Assembly (NCBI GenBank): GCA_043228905.1
Contig: JBHGNT010000005.1
Coordinates: 10,850,001 to 10,914,000, forward strand
Origin: Azolla caroliniana
Lineage: Eukaryota; Plantae; Polypodiophyta
DNA: 64,000 bases
Reading direction: 5' to 3'
Position 1 is the stretch's first letter. Each line of letters begins with the position of its first letter. A program made the position numbers and the translations under genes. The notes beneath the pieces are model-generated. The model saw nothing but the letters and a program-made list of their open reading frames with translations. It ran no database searches and was not told the DNA's origin. Shown here in pieces: positions 22,556 through 35,777 of the stretch.

Positions 22556-24986
22556 CGCCATTAATAGGCACCAGAATTGGGCAACATCTCTTTCTACTTA
22601 GCCGAGACCTCACCTCTTTTCAAATGGCCAAAGTCACACTCATTTATTTCCCTCACTTTGCTCATTTGTGTGTTAATAGTTATTTACATGTGTTTCCAAT
22701 CATATCTCTCGCGTTGGCAAACAATGGTTTTGTCAATGTCAGTGTTGTTTCGCAAGGCAAATGATCTATGAGCCTCATCTTGAACTACCGCTATGAAGTT
22801 TTCTTATAACAAATGCAACGTCCAACCCATTGCTTAATACACCATGAACCAACACACTTCATAATAAAATCATGTTCTTGTACTAGCTTTGGTAATGTAC
22901 ATCTCGCAAGCAAGCTCATAGAAATATCTTAAATTGACAATATATTTATAAAGGGTGCCCACATCAAATTGCTCCATTTCATTGATTGCATATCAACAAA
23001 TAAAGGAATTAAACAATCATATGCACAACAAGATTTCATGAAACACTTAGATGTGAAAATACATGAACATGAAAATGGGAAGAATGTGAAAAGCATGAGA
23101 ATTACATAATCTGTCACTAGAGGAAATGTTGAGGATAACATGAAATTGGTATTACCAATAAAGGGATTCTAAGACCAATAATATTGTGAAGGTGCGAGTG
23201 TTACGGTCATAACCACATGGTATGATGAATCATAATTTTCTAATCTTACGGTTAGTTAGTAGGTGTGGGCAAGTTTATTCTCGATCCTACAGTGGGAGAT
23301 AACTTTTGACTTGACCACTTATAATGAAGTAGGTAAGTGTGAAACCTACAGAGGGCCTAGGGTTTGAACTTATAAAAGAAGGTTGGCTACCTTCATGAAG
23401 GGGTAAAAAAGTAATTACTTAGAGAATCTAATAGAGTTAGGCAAAGCTCTAGCTTCATACACATGTTCCTCATGCTTCAAACCCAAGGTACGATCCATGT
23501 TCGAATTCAATGGTATGGGATGTCGATACGAGACTCATATCTATCTATCTCTCACCTTTGCTAGGGAGTGATTGGGCGGTTTAACACCGCATCTTCATTA
23601 TTTCCTCCTTTTATTTGCTTAACATTAATTACAACAAGGGTTTCATAAATGAGCACCATTGAAGACTTTGCCTTGAACCCATGCAAAACTCCTTGAGATG
23701 ATGAATAATGATAAGGAGGAACATGACCCTCATTTTCCATCCAATCGTTATGTAATTAGTGAACTATTGTATTTGATGTCTTATAGACATTGATAATTCT
23801 TCATCATCACATGTCGACATTTAGGCATTAGGGGGCCATCATTTACACAACAAGGTCCATGCATTATACATTGAACCTTTGATAACTTGTACAAGAAGAT
23901 CACAAAAACATTGAACTCCTAGCCTCTAGGACATACTTCAAAAGTAACCAACATACTTTATCTTTGAATCCTATAAAAAAGTATTAAGCATCATACTACT
24001 AAATTTACAATAAGGGTTAAAAATGCAAAGTCAATCATGTGAAAGTATTCTAGTATATAATCCATTTTCATTGCCATAGTACGTAACTTGTCAAAAACTA
24101 GTAACTTAAATGTTTAAATAATTGGTTAAATTAGCTCATTGTGCCAGGAGAAAATATACCGCCAAGATGCACTAACATGGCTTTAAGCATGGTACAAGTT
24201 GGAATCAATTTCACGATCATAGTTGTATCACAATAGTTAGGTGGATGAAGCAACATGACTTCAAGTGCTCCATGTCAATAAGGAGTCATGAACCAATAAA
24301 ATGCGTAAGGGATTGGATTCCTTAAACTTAGATGAAGTAAAGGATCTATTGTGAGACATCCAAAACTCATACAACAAATTAGCAGTCAATGCAAATAGTA
24401 AAATCCACAAATTGACAAAGAAACATGAGGATTTGTTGCTTGTCAATAGACATCCAAATATCTAGGGTGTTTGAGAGACCAAGCAAGTCTGAAAGAAAAG
24501 GAGAGTCAAAGTCTTTGGCACTAAGTATTGAAGATAAAACACACTCGAACTTCAGTGGATCCTCATTTGTTCCATCTCTAATAAAAGGGAGATTCACCTA
24601 AATAGAAGAACCAAGTATTATCTTTCCACCATGAAAGCCGAAGCTGGACATATAATGGATCTATAATGCCATGTTTAAAGTTTTGGCACTCACCAATCAA
24701 TTTCAATTTAAATAAGGATTAGGCCAATAATTGGAAACATCAAGTGAAAGATGTGGTAAACCTTAGACTAAAGGAAGCAAGGCTCCACACAAATATAGTG
24801 ATCTTACACTAGGCATTCATATATTGGATAACCATTCCCAAGAAAACCCAAATGTACATGTGAGAGGATTGGACACTTGGAATTATCGAAGCATGCAATA
24901 TCATGAAGCAAGCCAAGTACAAAATCGAATAGAGGTAATTACCACTTTCAGAGCAACAATTGTTGTGCTGAAAATGGAGTATAAAG

Positions 24987-25451
24987 TGTTGAGATTCAAG
25001 CTCAACTTGGTCTAGTGTGTGAACTCACCTTGAGAGTGAAGGGACACTCCAACGGTCAAGAGTCACCATTATGTCACCACTTTGTATTCTAGCATTTAGT
25101 ATGAGTCATAGAATCATATTCTATGACACATAACTTATGAGCTTTCACATTCTCCATGCTCCATGAGTCTTGTAGTTAATGAAGAGAGAGGGTGACTACA
25201 TAAAGCACCCTCCTCCCACCTTGTAAAATGTTGAGTCTTTCTCCTTTGTCAATATACTTTTACCTTGCATATTCTCTGTGTTTCACTCACTCACTCTCTC
25301 TCTCTCTCTCTCTTACACACACACATAACTCACATCTCTTCCACTTCACAAGAATCCATCTCTTGATTCTTTATATAAAGACTTGTCTTAATCGTCCAAG
25401 TGAGGTGGGAAGAGAATCCAAAGAAGCTCTTGAGGATCACGTCTCTTATCA
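24987..25451 (+). repeat. Old LTR-like sequence (probable degenerate copia solo LTR)
   Basis: Begins TGTTGAGATTCAAGCTCAAC, like the other copia LTR termini here. Has a TATA-like element and (CT)n(CA)n, and a possible end at ...TTATCA. No TSD found. Confidence 0.4.
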
Positions 25452-25889
25452 ACCACGTGAAGAACTATGAAGTTGGCCAATCAAGGTAGCAAACATTCAT
25501 TCAAAATTCAGCTTTGAAGAGGCAGACAAAACATGTACACATTTGCTTCTTTTTTTGTTGGTTTGTCTACTATAAATTAGGAGTTGTCTCATGGGTGTGC
25601 CAAGAAGGTGTCAGCCTTAGAGACTAGACACAATAAGGTATTAACATTTAGTAACTAGATAAATGTAGTATGTAAATAAATATATGATGAAAGCAAGTTA
25701 GGGTTGTTCCAATCTGTGTAGGTTGGAAGGATCATAAGTTAAACATTCAAACATATTTGGTATCTGCATCAATATGTACATAGGAATCTCTCTTAGGAAA
25801 ACCGATACAATAAAATCACGTGCCAGACATCTTATTGTAACCCAAATTGAGCCATATAGATAGCAAACCGAAACTCCTCACCTGGCTCT

Positions 25890-26064
25890 CTATCTAAAGC
25901 ACCACGCAACAAGTCACTAAAATGAAGGTTCTAACGAAACCCACAAATAACGTTGTCTTTGAGCGAAAGGTAGCTATCTATCTAAAGCACCACAAAGCAA
26001 GTCAGTAAAATGAAGGTTCTGGGCGAAACCCACAAAATAACGTCGTCTTTGAGCGGAAGGTAGC
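25890..26064. repeat. Diverged tandem duplication, 2 x ~87 bp, upstream of the HLTF-like gene
   Basis: ctatctaaagcaccac...gaaggtagc at 25890 and 25978. Confidence 0.85.
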
Positions 26065-26114
26065 GGAGGAACCAGTTACCACCCTCTCCATATTTATGCA
26101 GAGCATTAAACGCC

Positions 26115-26206
26115 AATGACAATGTGCCACGTGGCGAATTCCACGTATGCTGGGAAGGAGGCGAATGACATTGTGCCACGTGGGAAAATCGCAGAGTTAT
26201 ATAAAA
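26115..26206 (+). promoter_or_regulatory. Core promoter of the HLTF-like gene: duplicated G-box module and TATA box
   Basis: AATGACA(A/T)TGTGCCACGTGG at 26115 and 26164, a third CCACGT at 26141, TATATAAAA at 26198-26206, ATG at 26266. Confidence 0.65.
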
Positions 26207-26265
26207 TAGCATTGTTCGAATTTCTGAAGAACAGTGTTGTGAGAGGAGGAGGAGGAGGGGCAGCG

Positions 26266-29200
26266 ATGGCGGGAGGCAAAGGCAGAGGCAGAGGCAGAGG
26301 AAGAAGTGTCCGGAAACGATCTTCAGAAACCCTAAACTTGGACAAAGACGTCAACGAAGATGAAACTCCTCCACAGTCTCAATTTGAAGAAGAAATAAAG
26401 TCTGCAACATCTTTGCTCATCGCTGCGGCTTCTTCTCATTCTCCTTCATCATTTACTCCTTCGGATCCTTCCAGCGTTATGGCTCCACAACCATGTTTCT
26501 TTCCTTCGCAGTTTTCTCCGTGTAATCAGAATACATCCCCTTTTGTTGATTCGGTGCATCATCCTGAAGCGGCCCCAGAAGACGAAGATGAAAGGTACCT
26601 TGTGGGATTTGTTGAGGTTAATGTTGTTGGTTTGCAGTACTATCGTGGAACAGTGAATAACAGAGAAATGGTTAGGTTGATTAGAGAACCATATAATGCT
26701 TATGATTGTAATGCTATTAGAGTTGAGAACATGCAAGGTGAACAAGTAGGGCACGTGGAGAGATATAAAGCATGCTATCTTGCACCTATCATTGATGATG
26801 GATCTGCTCTTGTTGAGGGTATAGTACCTCGAGGTAGCAAGAATGCATATAGAATGCCATGCCAAGTATTTGTTTTCAGTAAATATCAAGATATTTCCAC
26901 GGTGCTTAATAGGCTTGTGAGGAGTGGTGCTTCGGTAGTTACTCCCAATGATCCAAGTTTCGAAGATCTTTCCATATCCGAGAAAACGAAAAATGTTGAG
27001 GAAAATACAGGGAAAAGCATTGACAAGATTTTTGATTCACTTGTTATGGAGCAGAATAAGGCCACACCTACCATGGATCCTTCTCCAGATTTTATTAAAA
27101 CACGCTTGTATTCTCATCAAAAGAAGGCGTTAGCATGGCTTGTTGGAAGGGAGAACTCCGTTGAATTGCCCCCATTTTGGCGGGAGCAAGCTCAGAAGAG
27201 AGATGGAAAGGTGTTTTATGTAAACACTCTGACCAATTTCATGACAGAGAAGAAGCCTAAGCCTTTCCGCGGAGGCATTCTTGCTGATGAGATGGGACTA
27301 GGAAAAACACTGACACTTATCTCTTTGATTGCGACAAATAGGCAAGATGTTATGCTTCATACTGTTGTCGAAAATTTACATGAATCAACTTCAGGAAGAC
27401 CTATGAAGAAGAAAAAACTTGATGATCTAGGTGTTAGAGTACATGACTCTAAAGGGACTTCATCGACCTTAATTGTTTGCCCATTGTCAGTAATGCCCAT
27501 ATGGGTTAGCCAACTGGAGGAGCACACAGTCGCTGGTAGTTTGAAAGTCTATTTTTATCATGGTCCTGATAGGACAAAGAAATCCAGTGTATTGGGTAGT
27601 TATGACATTGTATTAACAACATATAACATTCTAGCATCTGAAGGTAGTGATGCTAAATCACCCCTTCAAGAAGTTAACTGGTTAAGGGTTGTGCTTGATG
27701 AAGCTCATCTTATTAAGAATCCAAATGCCAGAATGACACAAGCAGCAGTTAGCTTACAAGCAGAGAGAAGGTGGGCTGTCACTGGCACACCCATTCAGAA
27801 TGGTGTTAAAGACCTTCTTAGCCTAATGATGTTTTTGAAGCTTCAACCTTTAGATGAAAAATCATTTTGGAATAGAACTATTCAACGTCCTTTACTATCG
27901 GGAGATGCATCTGGATTTATGCGGTTACAGGTATGATACTCTTTACAGTTGATTTCGAAATCCAATTTTATGACATGCACATTCATTCATGCAGTAATTT
28001 GCATCAATGAAAATATCATGTGATTATATTGTATATATGGTACATATACATGCAAACACAATGATTTGCATTAGTGCAAATACCACATGATGGCGTGCAT
28101 AGATGGAAACCAAGTTGTTAATTGACCTTCTCTATAGGCTTTGTTATTGGCAATTGCTCTCCGGAGGACAAAAGACATGAAAGTTGATGATAAGAGGCTA
28201 GTTGACTTGCCTCGGAGAACTGTGACAGTTCATAAAGTGGAGCTTGGTATAGAAGACAGGCGAATTTATGACAGACTGGAGCTTGAAGGCAAGAGACTGG
28301 TTGGCCAGTTTGTTGAATCTGGTACTGTTCTTCAAAATTACAGCACAATTCTGCAAATCATTTTGCGGCTGAGACAGATATGTGATCATTCAAGTCTATG
28401 TCCCGTGAAGGAAGGTTTTCTTGATACAATTTCTTCTCTTGGAGGTATGCATGTGACCATTACAATTCGTAGTGGTAGAAATTTTTAATTGCCCTCCCCC
28501 CAATTTTACTTCAAGTACAGAAGTTGTCTTATTTTAATTTTCTATCAATATCTGCATTGATTTCATGTCCTTTGCATTTACGTCAGCACAATACAGAATT
28601 TTTATCAAAGAGAGGTCCAAATTCTAATTCTGAAGCACCTATTTCTCGTTTGATCTTATGAAAGTGGACCTTGGTCTTCCTTCAGGATTTGTCTTTTACT
28701 GGTTTAAAAATATATATTTGTAAGGTCAAACCCTTGGCTAGTTCTTATGAAATACATGACTCTCAAACAGATCTTCCAACCTACTTGGAAACTTCCTATA
28801 TACATTTATCTAGCCATCAATTTTTCTGTACATTATATCAATCATCCATGTATGAGCTAATGTTTCTTGGGAAATAACCATAACGATGTGGTTTTGAGAG
28901 GCATGGCTTGCAGTAAGTATTCTCTATTTCTCAACTGTCTAGAGTAGCTTTAAAATTTTAATACAGTTTTAGAGCCATATTTCCAAGTGGGAAGATATTT
29001 GGTACTCTGATTGCAACCAAAGTACAAGTTTGTACCAAAATGGAAGAATCTCTCCCTCTACCTGTAATCATATTCATTGGTACCATTTCATGGTTGAGCT
29101 CTGCATATTACACTTAATATGAAAAAAATATGAATGTAATGGAGGTTGAAATACTAAAATTAGTATACAGAAAGCTGCAAATGAATTAAGAAGGCTAAAT

Positions 29201-30418
29201 TGATCTTGAAGAAGTTAAGCATTGAATTAAAGGAAGTAATTATAATTTATGGACAAGCATAGGAAGCAATAGTAGGGAAGGTATGGAGGCAGTTGTTTAT
29301 GCTTACAGTAAACATAATTGAAATTTAAATCACAAAAACTTTCACACTGAGTTAACCATGAGATAACTTCACAGCTTTGTTGAGTTTCTGAAGAACGCCT
29401 TTCTTGGTTCATAGATGGTAGCCCTGCATGAAGAAGCAAGAATAAACAGTTGGCTTTTTATGGCATTTTAAAAATATTACCCATAATTTTGTTGTCTTCT
29501 GCTAAAAGGATAGGAGATTTTCCCATTGTAAGATGCTGTATCACATTGCTTTGCTGTTGATTTATAATCATTATTGTCAAATAATTTACTGATTTTGTAT
29601 AATGCCACTTATTAGATTTGTCATCATCTCCGGAATTGCTTCAAAAATTATTATCGGTATTACAAAGTGGGGATGATTTTGATTGTCCCATTTGTCTCTC
29701 CCCACCATCATTGGCAGTCATAACAAAGTGCTCTCACATTTTCTGTCGCAAATGCATAGAGAAAACCCTGATGCAAGATAAGGAAAAATGTCCCATGTGC
29801 CGAGTTCCTCTAGCAATGTCAGATCTTTTCACCGCCCCTGAAGTTGAACCAACAGATGACCGAGGAGTAGAGAACACACAACAGGAAACTAGTGCCAAAA
29901 TAAAAGCCCTTATTCAACATCTTACAGATGTCAGAGTGAATGAACCGACCACAAAATCTGTGGTGTTCTCACAGTTTTCAGGGATGTTGAGCTTAGTACA
30001 AAGCTCTTTAGAAGCTGCTGGTTTTAAGTATGTTCGGCTCGATGGGAGCATGAATCTGAAGAAAAGGGAGGCAGCAGTGAGAGCTTTCCAATCGAAGGGA
30101 TCAGACAGCCCATCAGTGTTTCTGTTGAGCCTGAAAGCAGCTGGAGTTGGGTTAAATCTTGTGGCAGCGTCACGTGTTTATATGCTTGATCCATGGTGGA
30201 ATCCTGCTGTAGAAGAACAAGCTATGGATAGAGTACATCGTATTGGACAAAAACGAGATGTTGAGATTGTAAGGCTGATAGTTCAGGATAGCATCGAAGA
30301 GCGCATTCTCGGAATGCAAGAAAGGAAAAGAAATCTTGCCAGTGGTGCATTTAAGCAATCTGCTGGGGAGATGCGCCAAGGTAGAATTGAGGATGTACAA
30401 CGTCTAATGCAACTATGA
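26266..30418 (+). CDS. HLTF: HLTF/RAD5-family (SMARCA3-like) HIRAN-SNF2-RING-helicase; exons 26266-27930, 28138-28444, 29616-30418; 924 aa
   Basis: HIRAN (VVGLQYY...REPYNAYDCNAIRV), GGILADEMGLGKT, LDEAH, TGTPIQN, RING (CPIC...CSHIFCRKC...CPMC), VVFSQF, SLKAAGVGLNL and QAMDRVHRIGQ. The GT-AG introns restore the frame. Confidence 0.93.
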
Positions 30419-31109
30419 AATTGAGAGTATATAAGCTCATGTTGTACAGTTTTGTATAGACTAATGAAATGATGACCGTTCCAGTGGAGTGTTTACGGTT
30501 GTTCTACTAATTAATCTGCACAGACATCCTAACATGCCGCATCATGGTTCTGTCTCTGTTCATTAGATCCTATAAGAGAGATGACCTTACGAAATTCCAG
30601 TGTATCACTTTCTATTTTGTGGATGGTGTATGAAGCTATAATAGGCAACAAAATGTCAATTATACTTCTGTGATGCTATGCATTCTAAAGTGGATGCGAC
30701 TTGAATTGTTTATTGCTTGCAAGTTGGGCTTTGAGAGGTTTTACTCTATAGTTGCAGAAACTTGAAGTGGAAAGCATTCAAATTTTCACTGCTTTGTAAG
30801 TAGGTTTTATGTAACAATTGCATACACTCATGACACAATAACACCATGGCATTCATTATTATATTAGTTGATGCTATACTCCTATGAGTTAGTGATGAGT
30901 AGGGCCAAAGATCTGTATTATTAATCAATAGGTAAGGGGATGATTATTTCTGGATATGAACCATATTAGTGTGGGAACATTATCCACATAGACCTCACCA
31001 TCTAGAGGGCTATCATCATATTTGAACAAAATAATCTATCATTCACATTCATTAAATGTATATCCTCTAATGTGTGACAGTATATAAGACAAATAATAAA
31101 TGCTTGGGC

Positions 31110-33128
31110 TCATATAATATATTTCTTCCTCTTTGAATCTGCACATATGTTGGACATCAAAATATATGTAGATGGTTGATTAGGTTGCAACTGAGTTGCA
31201 TTATGAAATGCCTCTTTTGCTAGATCTACATTGCCATGAGTATGACAGGCACGCAACAAGCAAAGCCAAATGGTCAAGCCAGCCTTCATTGGCAATCTAT
31301 GCAACATGTCCTCAACTCTCTTAAAGTCTCCGGCACGACCCAAAAGGTCAATCATAATGCCATATTGCTTCAAGTCCGGGGAAATTCCATAATATATACT
31401 CATGGATTGAAAAATGACATGGCCTTCAGAAATCAAACCAACATGACTACACACTAAAAGAACAGAGTTAAAGGTTAAATTAGAAGGCGTCATACCTTCT
31501 ACACACAATTTATAAAACATTTTAAGTGTTCCTATCACATTTCCTTCCCCCACATGACCATCAATACAAGCTGTCCATGATACAATATCAGGCTTGGAAA
31601 GCTCCTCAAACACTGTTTCTGCTTCTATCATGCTTGCACAACTTCCGTATGCATAAATGAGAGTTGTTGCCACTAAGGGTATGTTATCATATCCAACTGA
31701 AACTATATCAAAATGAAGCATCTTAGCCATCTCCAAGCAGCCTGTTTCACCAGAAGCTTGCAAGATGCTAATAATTGTTATATCATTCAAACATATTTGA
31801 CGTTTTAGCATTTCCTTGTAAAGGGACAATGCTTTCTCGGGTTGAGTATGTTGCACATAGGCAGAAATCATCGCAGTCCATGAAATCACATCATGATGTG
31901 GCATTGCACAAAACACATTCTCAGCTTCTTCTATAGTACCACATTTACTATACATAGTCAAAAGAGTGTTACCAACAAGATTGTCTGAAAAATAACCTTT
32001 CCTTCGTGAATCTGAATGCAAAGCTCTTCCGATCTCCAATGACATTTCCCGAGTGTTACGTTGCCCTTTGATAAGATAAAACTTCTTTTTCTCTGCAAGA
32101 GTACTACATGCATCTAAAGCAATTCCAAATGCAAGAATTTCAGATCTCACGCCATCTTCTTGCATTTGCCTATAAAGATGCAAAGCCTTCTCTGCAAGAC
32201 CTTGATCTGCATATACAGATAGCATTGCAGTCCATGAGACTATGTTCCGATGATACATACCATTGAAAACACATTCTGCTTCTAGTATTGCTCCACACTT
32301 TCCATACATACTTACCAGAGTGTTGTACACATAAGCATCACATGTAAAGGCTTTCATGATGCCGTCAGAATGCATATCTAGTCCTCGATCAAGGTCTCTG
32401 AGACTACCACATGCTTTACAAAGGCTAACAAACGTGTAAACATTAGGTTCAACACCATCCTTAAGCATACATTGATAGATTTTCAGAGCATCATGGCCAC
32501 GGCCACATTCTGCATAACCAGAGATGATGGCTGTCCAAGAAAAGACAGATCTTGATGGTAAAGCTATGGAAAGCTCGTGTGCTTCATCAATGAAGCCACA
32601 TTTTGCAAGGGTAAGAACAAGATAATCAGCCACAATGCCATTGAGCAAGATACTGTGTTTATGTATGATCAGAAAACTATGTATTCTCTTTGCCTGAAGA
32701 GAGTTCCTCTTTTTGATGCAAACTTTAAGGCAAGCCAGACATGAAGATACAGAAGGAGCCACGACCAAGCCACATAACACATCCACAGCCTTATCCAACT
32801 CTTCCTTCCCACAGAAATCATGGATGAGTATTTCACTATCATCGTCACCACAATCAGCAGCAGCGTTGGCATTGCCAATATCATTACGTAAAGATTCGCA
32901 GGTAACAGAAGAGAAGAGAGGTGAAACAGAACGGCGATGATGAAAAAGAGTTTGCCAAGGAAAGCTCGATGGACGAGGTTGAGGTTTTGTGGGTGGATTC
33001 AGAGAGATGGCTTCATTCCGGAACAGTCCCGTCCATGGAAGGCCGTAAGTCGCAAAGAGAGCAGAAATGGGTCGTGGTGGTCTCGGTAGAGATCGACAGC
33101 CATCCGAAGCAGCACGGAGAAAATGCAT
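31110..33128 (-). CDS. PLS-class pentatricopeptide repeat protein with truncated E domain, organelle-targeted; 672 aa
   Basis: R/S/P-rich transit peptide and repeated SWTAMIS..Y / LVSMYGKCG motifs. E1 IWLCLLRACHTHG; ends soon after YILMSNI, with no DYW domain. Confidence 0.92.
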   Translation of the reverse strand: MHFLRAASDGCRSLPRPPRPISALFATYGLPWTGLFRNEAISLNPPTKPQPRPSSFPWQTLFHHRRSVSPLFSSVTCESLRNDIGNANAAADCGDDDSEILIHDFCGKEELDKAVDVLCGLVVAPSVSSCLACLKVCIKKRNSLQAKRIHSFLIIHKHSILLNGIVADYLVLTLAKCGFIDEAHELSIALPSRSVFSWTAIISGYAECGRGHDALKIYQCMLKDGVEPNVYTFVSLCKACGSLRDLDRGLDMHSDGIMKAFTCDAYVYNTLVSMYGKCGAILEAECVFNGMYHRNIVSWTAMLSVYADQGLAEKALHLYRQMQEDGVRSEILAFGIALDACSTLAEKKKFYLIKGQRNTREMSLEIGRALHSDSRRKGYFSDNLVGNTLLTMYSKCGTIEEAENVFCAMPHHDVISWTAMISAYVQHTQPEKALSLYKEMLKRQICLNDITIISILQASGETGCLEMAKMLHFDIVSVGYDNIPLVATTLIYAYGSCASMIEAETVFEELSKPDIVSWTACIDGHVGEGNVIGTLKMFYKLCVEGMTPSNLTFNSVLLVCSHVGLISEGHVIFQSMSIYYGISPDLKQYGIMIDLLGRAGDFKRVEDMLHRLPMKAGLTIWLCLLRACHTHGNVDLAKEAFHNATQLQPNQPSTYILMSNICADSKRKKYII

Positions 33129-33399
33129 GCATCAATCAGCTTTTGGACCACTATTTCATCCCCCCCCCTTCACCAAACTTACACTACATTCTTCTACAGG
33201 GAGGAGGAGGAGGAGGAGGAGGAGGAATTGCACATTATACATTACATTACCTCAGAGAAAGAAAGAAAGAAATATAAACGTCTTCTAAGGCCAAAATGGG
33301 ATATCTCGCATGAGACTTGTCTCTTCTCTATTGACTTCTTTGCTTGTTCCTTCCTCAGCCCGAATATTGTGTCACATTCGCCTTTGATCGGGATAACAC

Positions 33400-34730
33400 A
33401 CACAAGTTCACTTCTTGACACGAGGTGTTGAGAGTCACCACTAGGTTCTCCCAGTTGTTTGGTAGGGTATACAATAGTAGGAGGGCCTGCATAGCATCAT
33501 CAAGGGGAAACTTGGCTACAACAAGTTGATTTACAAGCCCCATGAAGGTATTGATGTGTACTACTATGTTGTCTCTATCTCTGTACTTCAGTCTTACGAT
33601 CTTTCTCATCAGCCAAGTTTTGTTGAGAGCATTCTTCCTCTCGTACAACCATGACATTTTATGCCACATCTCGTAGGCATTCGTGTCGTTTGCAACATGT
33701 TGTAGAACACTTACATCTACACATTGTCTGATGGTGGCCACCGCCTTCCTATTCAAGAGTTTCCATTCAGACTCTAACACCCCAGTGGGTATTTCTTCTC
33801 TGTCTATGGGCTCGTACATATCTTTGATTATTATAAGATCTTCCATCATGATCTTCTAGTCAACATAGTTGTGAGTTCAGGACCATCATTACTAGAAAAC
33901 CGCTCACGCCTCCTTCCATTCTGCACCTCTAGCTCTAATACTAGTTTGTGAGGATTCAGATTGTACATCTATGAAAACAGTAGAGTGATATCTTGTACAA
34001 ACGTAGAAAAACAAAAAATGTACAGAGAGCAATAGAGGAAACACAACATACACAGTGCACAATATTTTAATTGGAAACCCTAAACAGGGAAAAAACCATG
34101 GGGCAATAGATATTCACTATAGAGTGGATATACAAGAGAAAGAAAACATATTACAAGACTCTGCACAATGGAGTATTCCCACTTCGGGTTCTGCCGACAA
34201 GTTCCTCTGCCTACGTCTATGCCTGCATGCAAGCTCTCTCTCTCTCTCTCTCTCGCGTGCGCGTGTCTCTCTTCCCTCGTCACTATTACCCTATGTACAA
34301 AAACTCTGCGTTATGTTCTACACAACACACACACAAACATTGTGTTTGCCCTAGGAGTATTTATACTCATACACAGTATGGGCAATTTACAAACATAGCT
34401 TTCATTGTTGTTATTATTATTAATAATCTCAGTTGATCAATCGACTAATCGAGTCCTATGTCGATTTTCCAGTTGGCCTGACTAGCCGACTCCCATGTCG
34501 GTTATCCAATCGACCCGACTAGTCAGCCTTCTCCTTGACCTAGAGCATCCAAGATGTAGTTGACTACTATAGTCGACTCTCTCTATCTCCTTCAGAGCAG
34601 TCAACAACCCTGTCGAGTTGCTGACGATCCGATCGACCATCCTATGTTCGGCTTGTCTCTGTTCGACTGCCAACTTCTCTCATATACACCGACTATCGAC
34701 TTCTCCCATAGGAGGGAGATATTCCTAATA
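33400..34730 (-). mobile_element. Copia 5' fragment: LTR (34730-33947), degenerate PBS and truncated gag
   Basis: gag MEDLIIIKDMY...WKLLNRKAVATIRQ...ALLLLYTLPNNWE. PBS TAGTATTAGAGC (33943-33932). The LTR start TATTAGGAATATCTCCCTCC resembles the 49833 LTR start. Confidence 0.8.
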
Positions 34731-35777
34731 GTTTGTAGTGTAACAACTTACCAATAGGGTAGGCTAATTACAATAAAATATAATAATAATAAAAGTGTTA
34801 AGAATTAGGTAATTAAGCGATGGTTAATTAGTACCTAATTATGTGATTAAGTTAAGCAGAAGATTAAGTGATATGTGTGTGTATGTGTGTGAGAGGAAGA
34901 GAGAGAGAGTGTGTGTGAGAGAGATACACTTATGAACAACACAAGATGGGGGATGAGTAACTATATTAAATTAGCATTATCATCATCAAATACAAAAATA
35001 CCTACAATGAGGTATATATAGATCTCATGTGCAAGGGTGCACATCAGTGTTGGGCAAAGTCCCAAGAACAGTGTCAAGGTTTTGGTTGAATTGGAACTTT
35101 TGCCAGTCACCATGAGAGACAGTCGGAATTGATTCCGGCCAGGTTTTCCACCTGGCCAGAATCTAGCCGGTTCATATTTTATGAGCCGGCTATTTATATA
35201 GATTAGAAAAAGGTATTGTATATTTATGTAAATATTTCTTTCCCACCTCTTTTTCCCTATTCTTCATTTTTTTTTATTGTTCACTATTCACGAATCCCGA
35301 TTCACTGCTTCTCCTCTTCGTGTTGCTCGTTGCTCCCTGTCTGTTCCATTCTAAGCGTAGTGCTGCTCCATTCTTTCTTCTTCGCCTCGCCTTCCTTCTT
35401 CCCTGCTTGGCTCCTTGCCACTTGCTCCTCCTTGCTTGCCCGTTGCCCATTGCTCCTCCTTGCTCACTTGTTGCTTATTGATCCTCTCTGCTTGCTCGTT
35501 GTCGATTGTGCCTACTTGCTCGCTCGTTGTTGATTGCTCCTCCCTGCTCCCCCGTTGCTGATTGCTAGCTCTTCCCTCTTCTGCAAAACCATCGTCTTCA
35601 CCCCTCCCGACACACACGTCAACGTCAACGTCAGTACACAGAGAATCCTTCTCTCCCACTCTCTCTCTCTCTCTCGGTCTATTTCCTGCTCTTGTTTCAT
35701 GCGCGCACTCACGGATCGTTTCAAACCAATAAAACTCACGGATCGATTGTTAAGCTTTGGCTACCAATAAAACTTAC

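Noticed and set aside
24250-24960. Possible ancient LINE remnant
   Set aside because: No diagnostic motif could be read with confidence.
26116-26265. Longer N-terminus of the HLTF ORF given by the ORF track
   Set aside because: This stretch contains the G-boxes and TATA box. ATG 26266 is the more plausible start.
35216-35770. Hydrophobic or charged ORFs near the hAT left end
   Set aside because: Translations of low-complexity CT-rich subterminal repeats.
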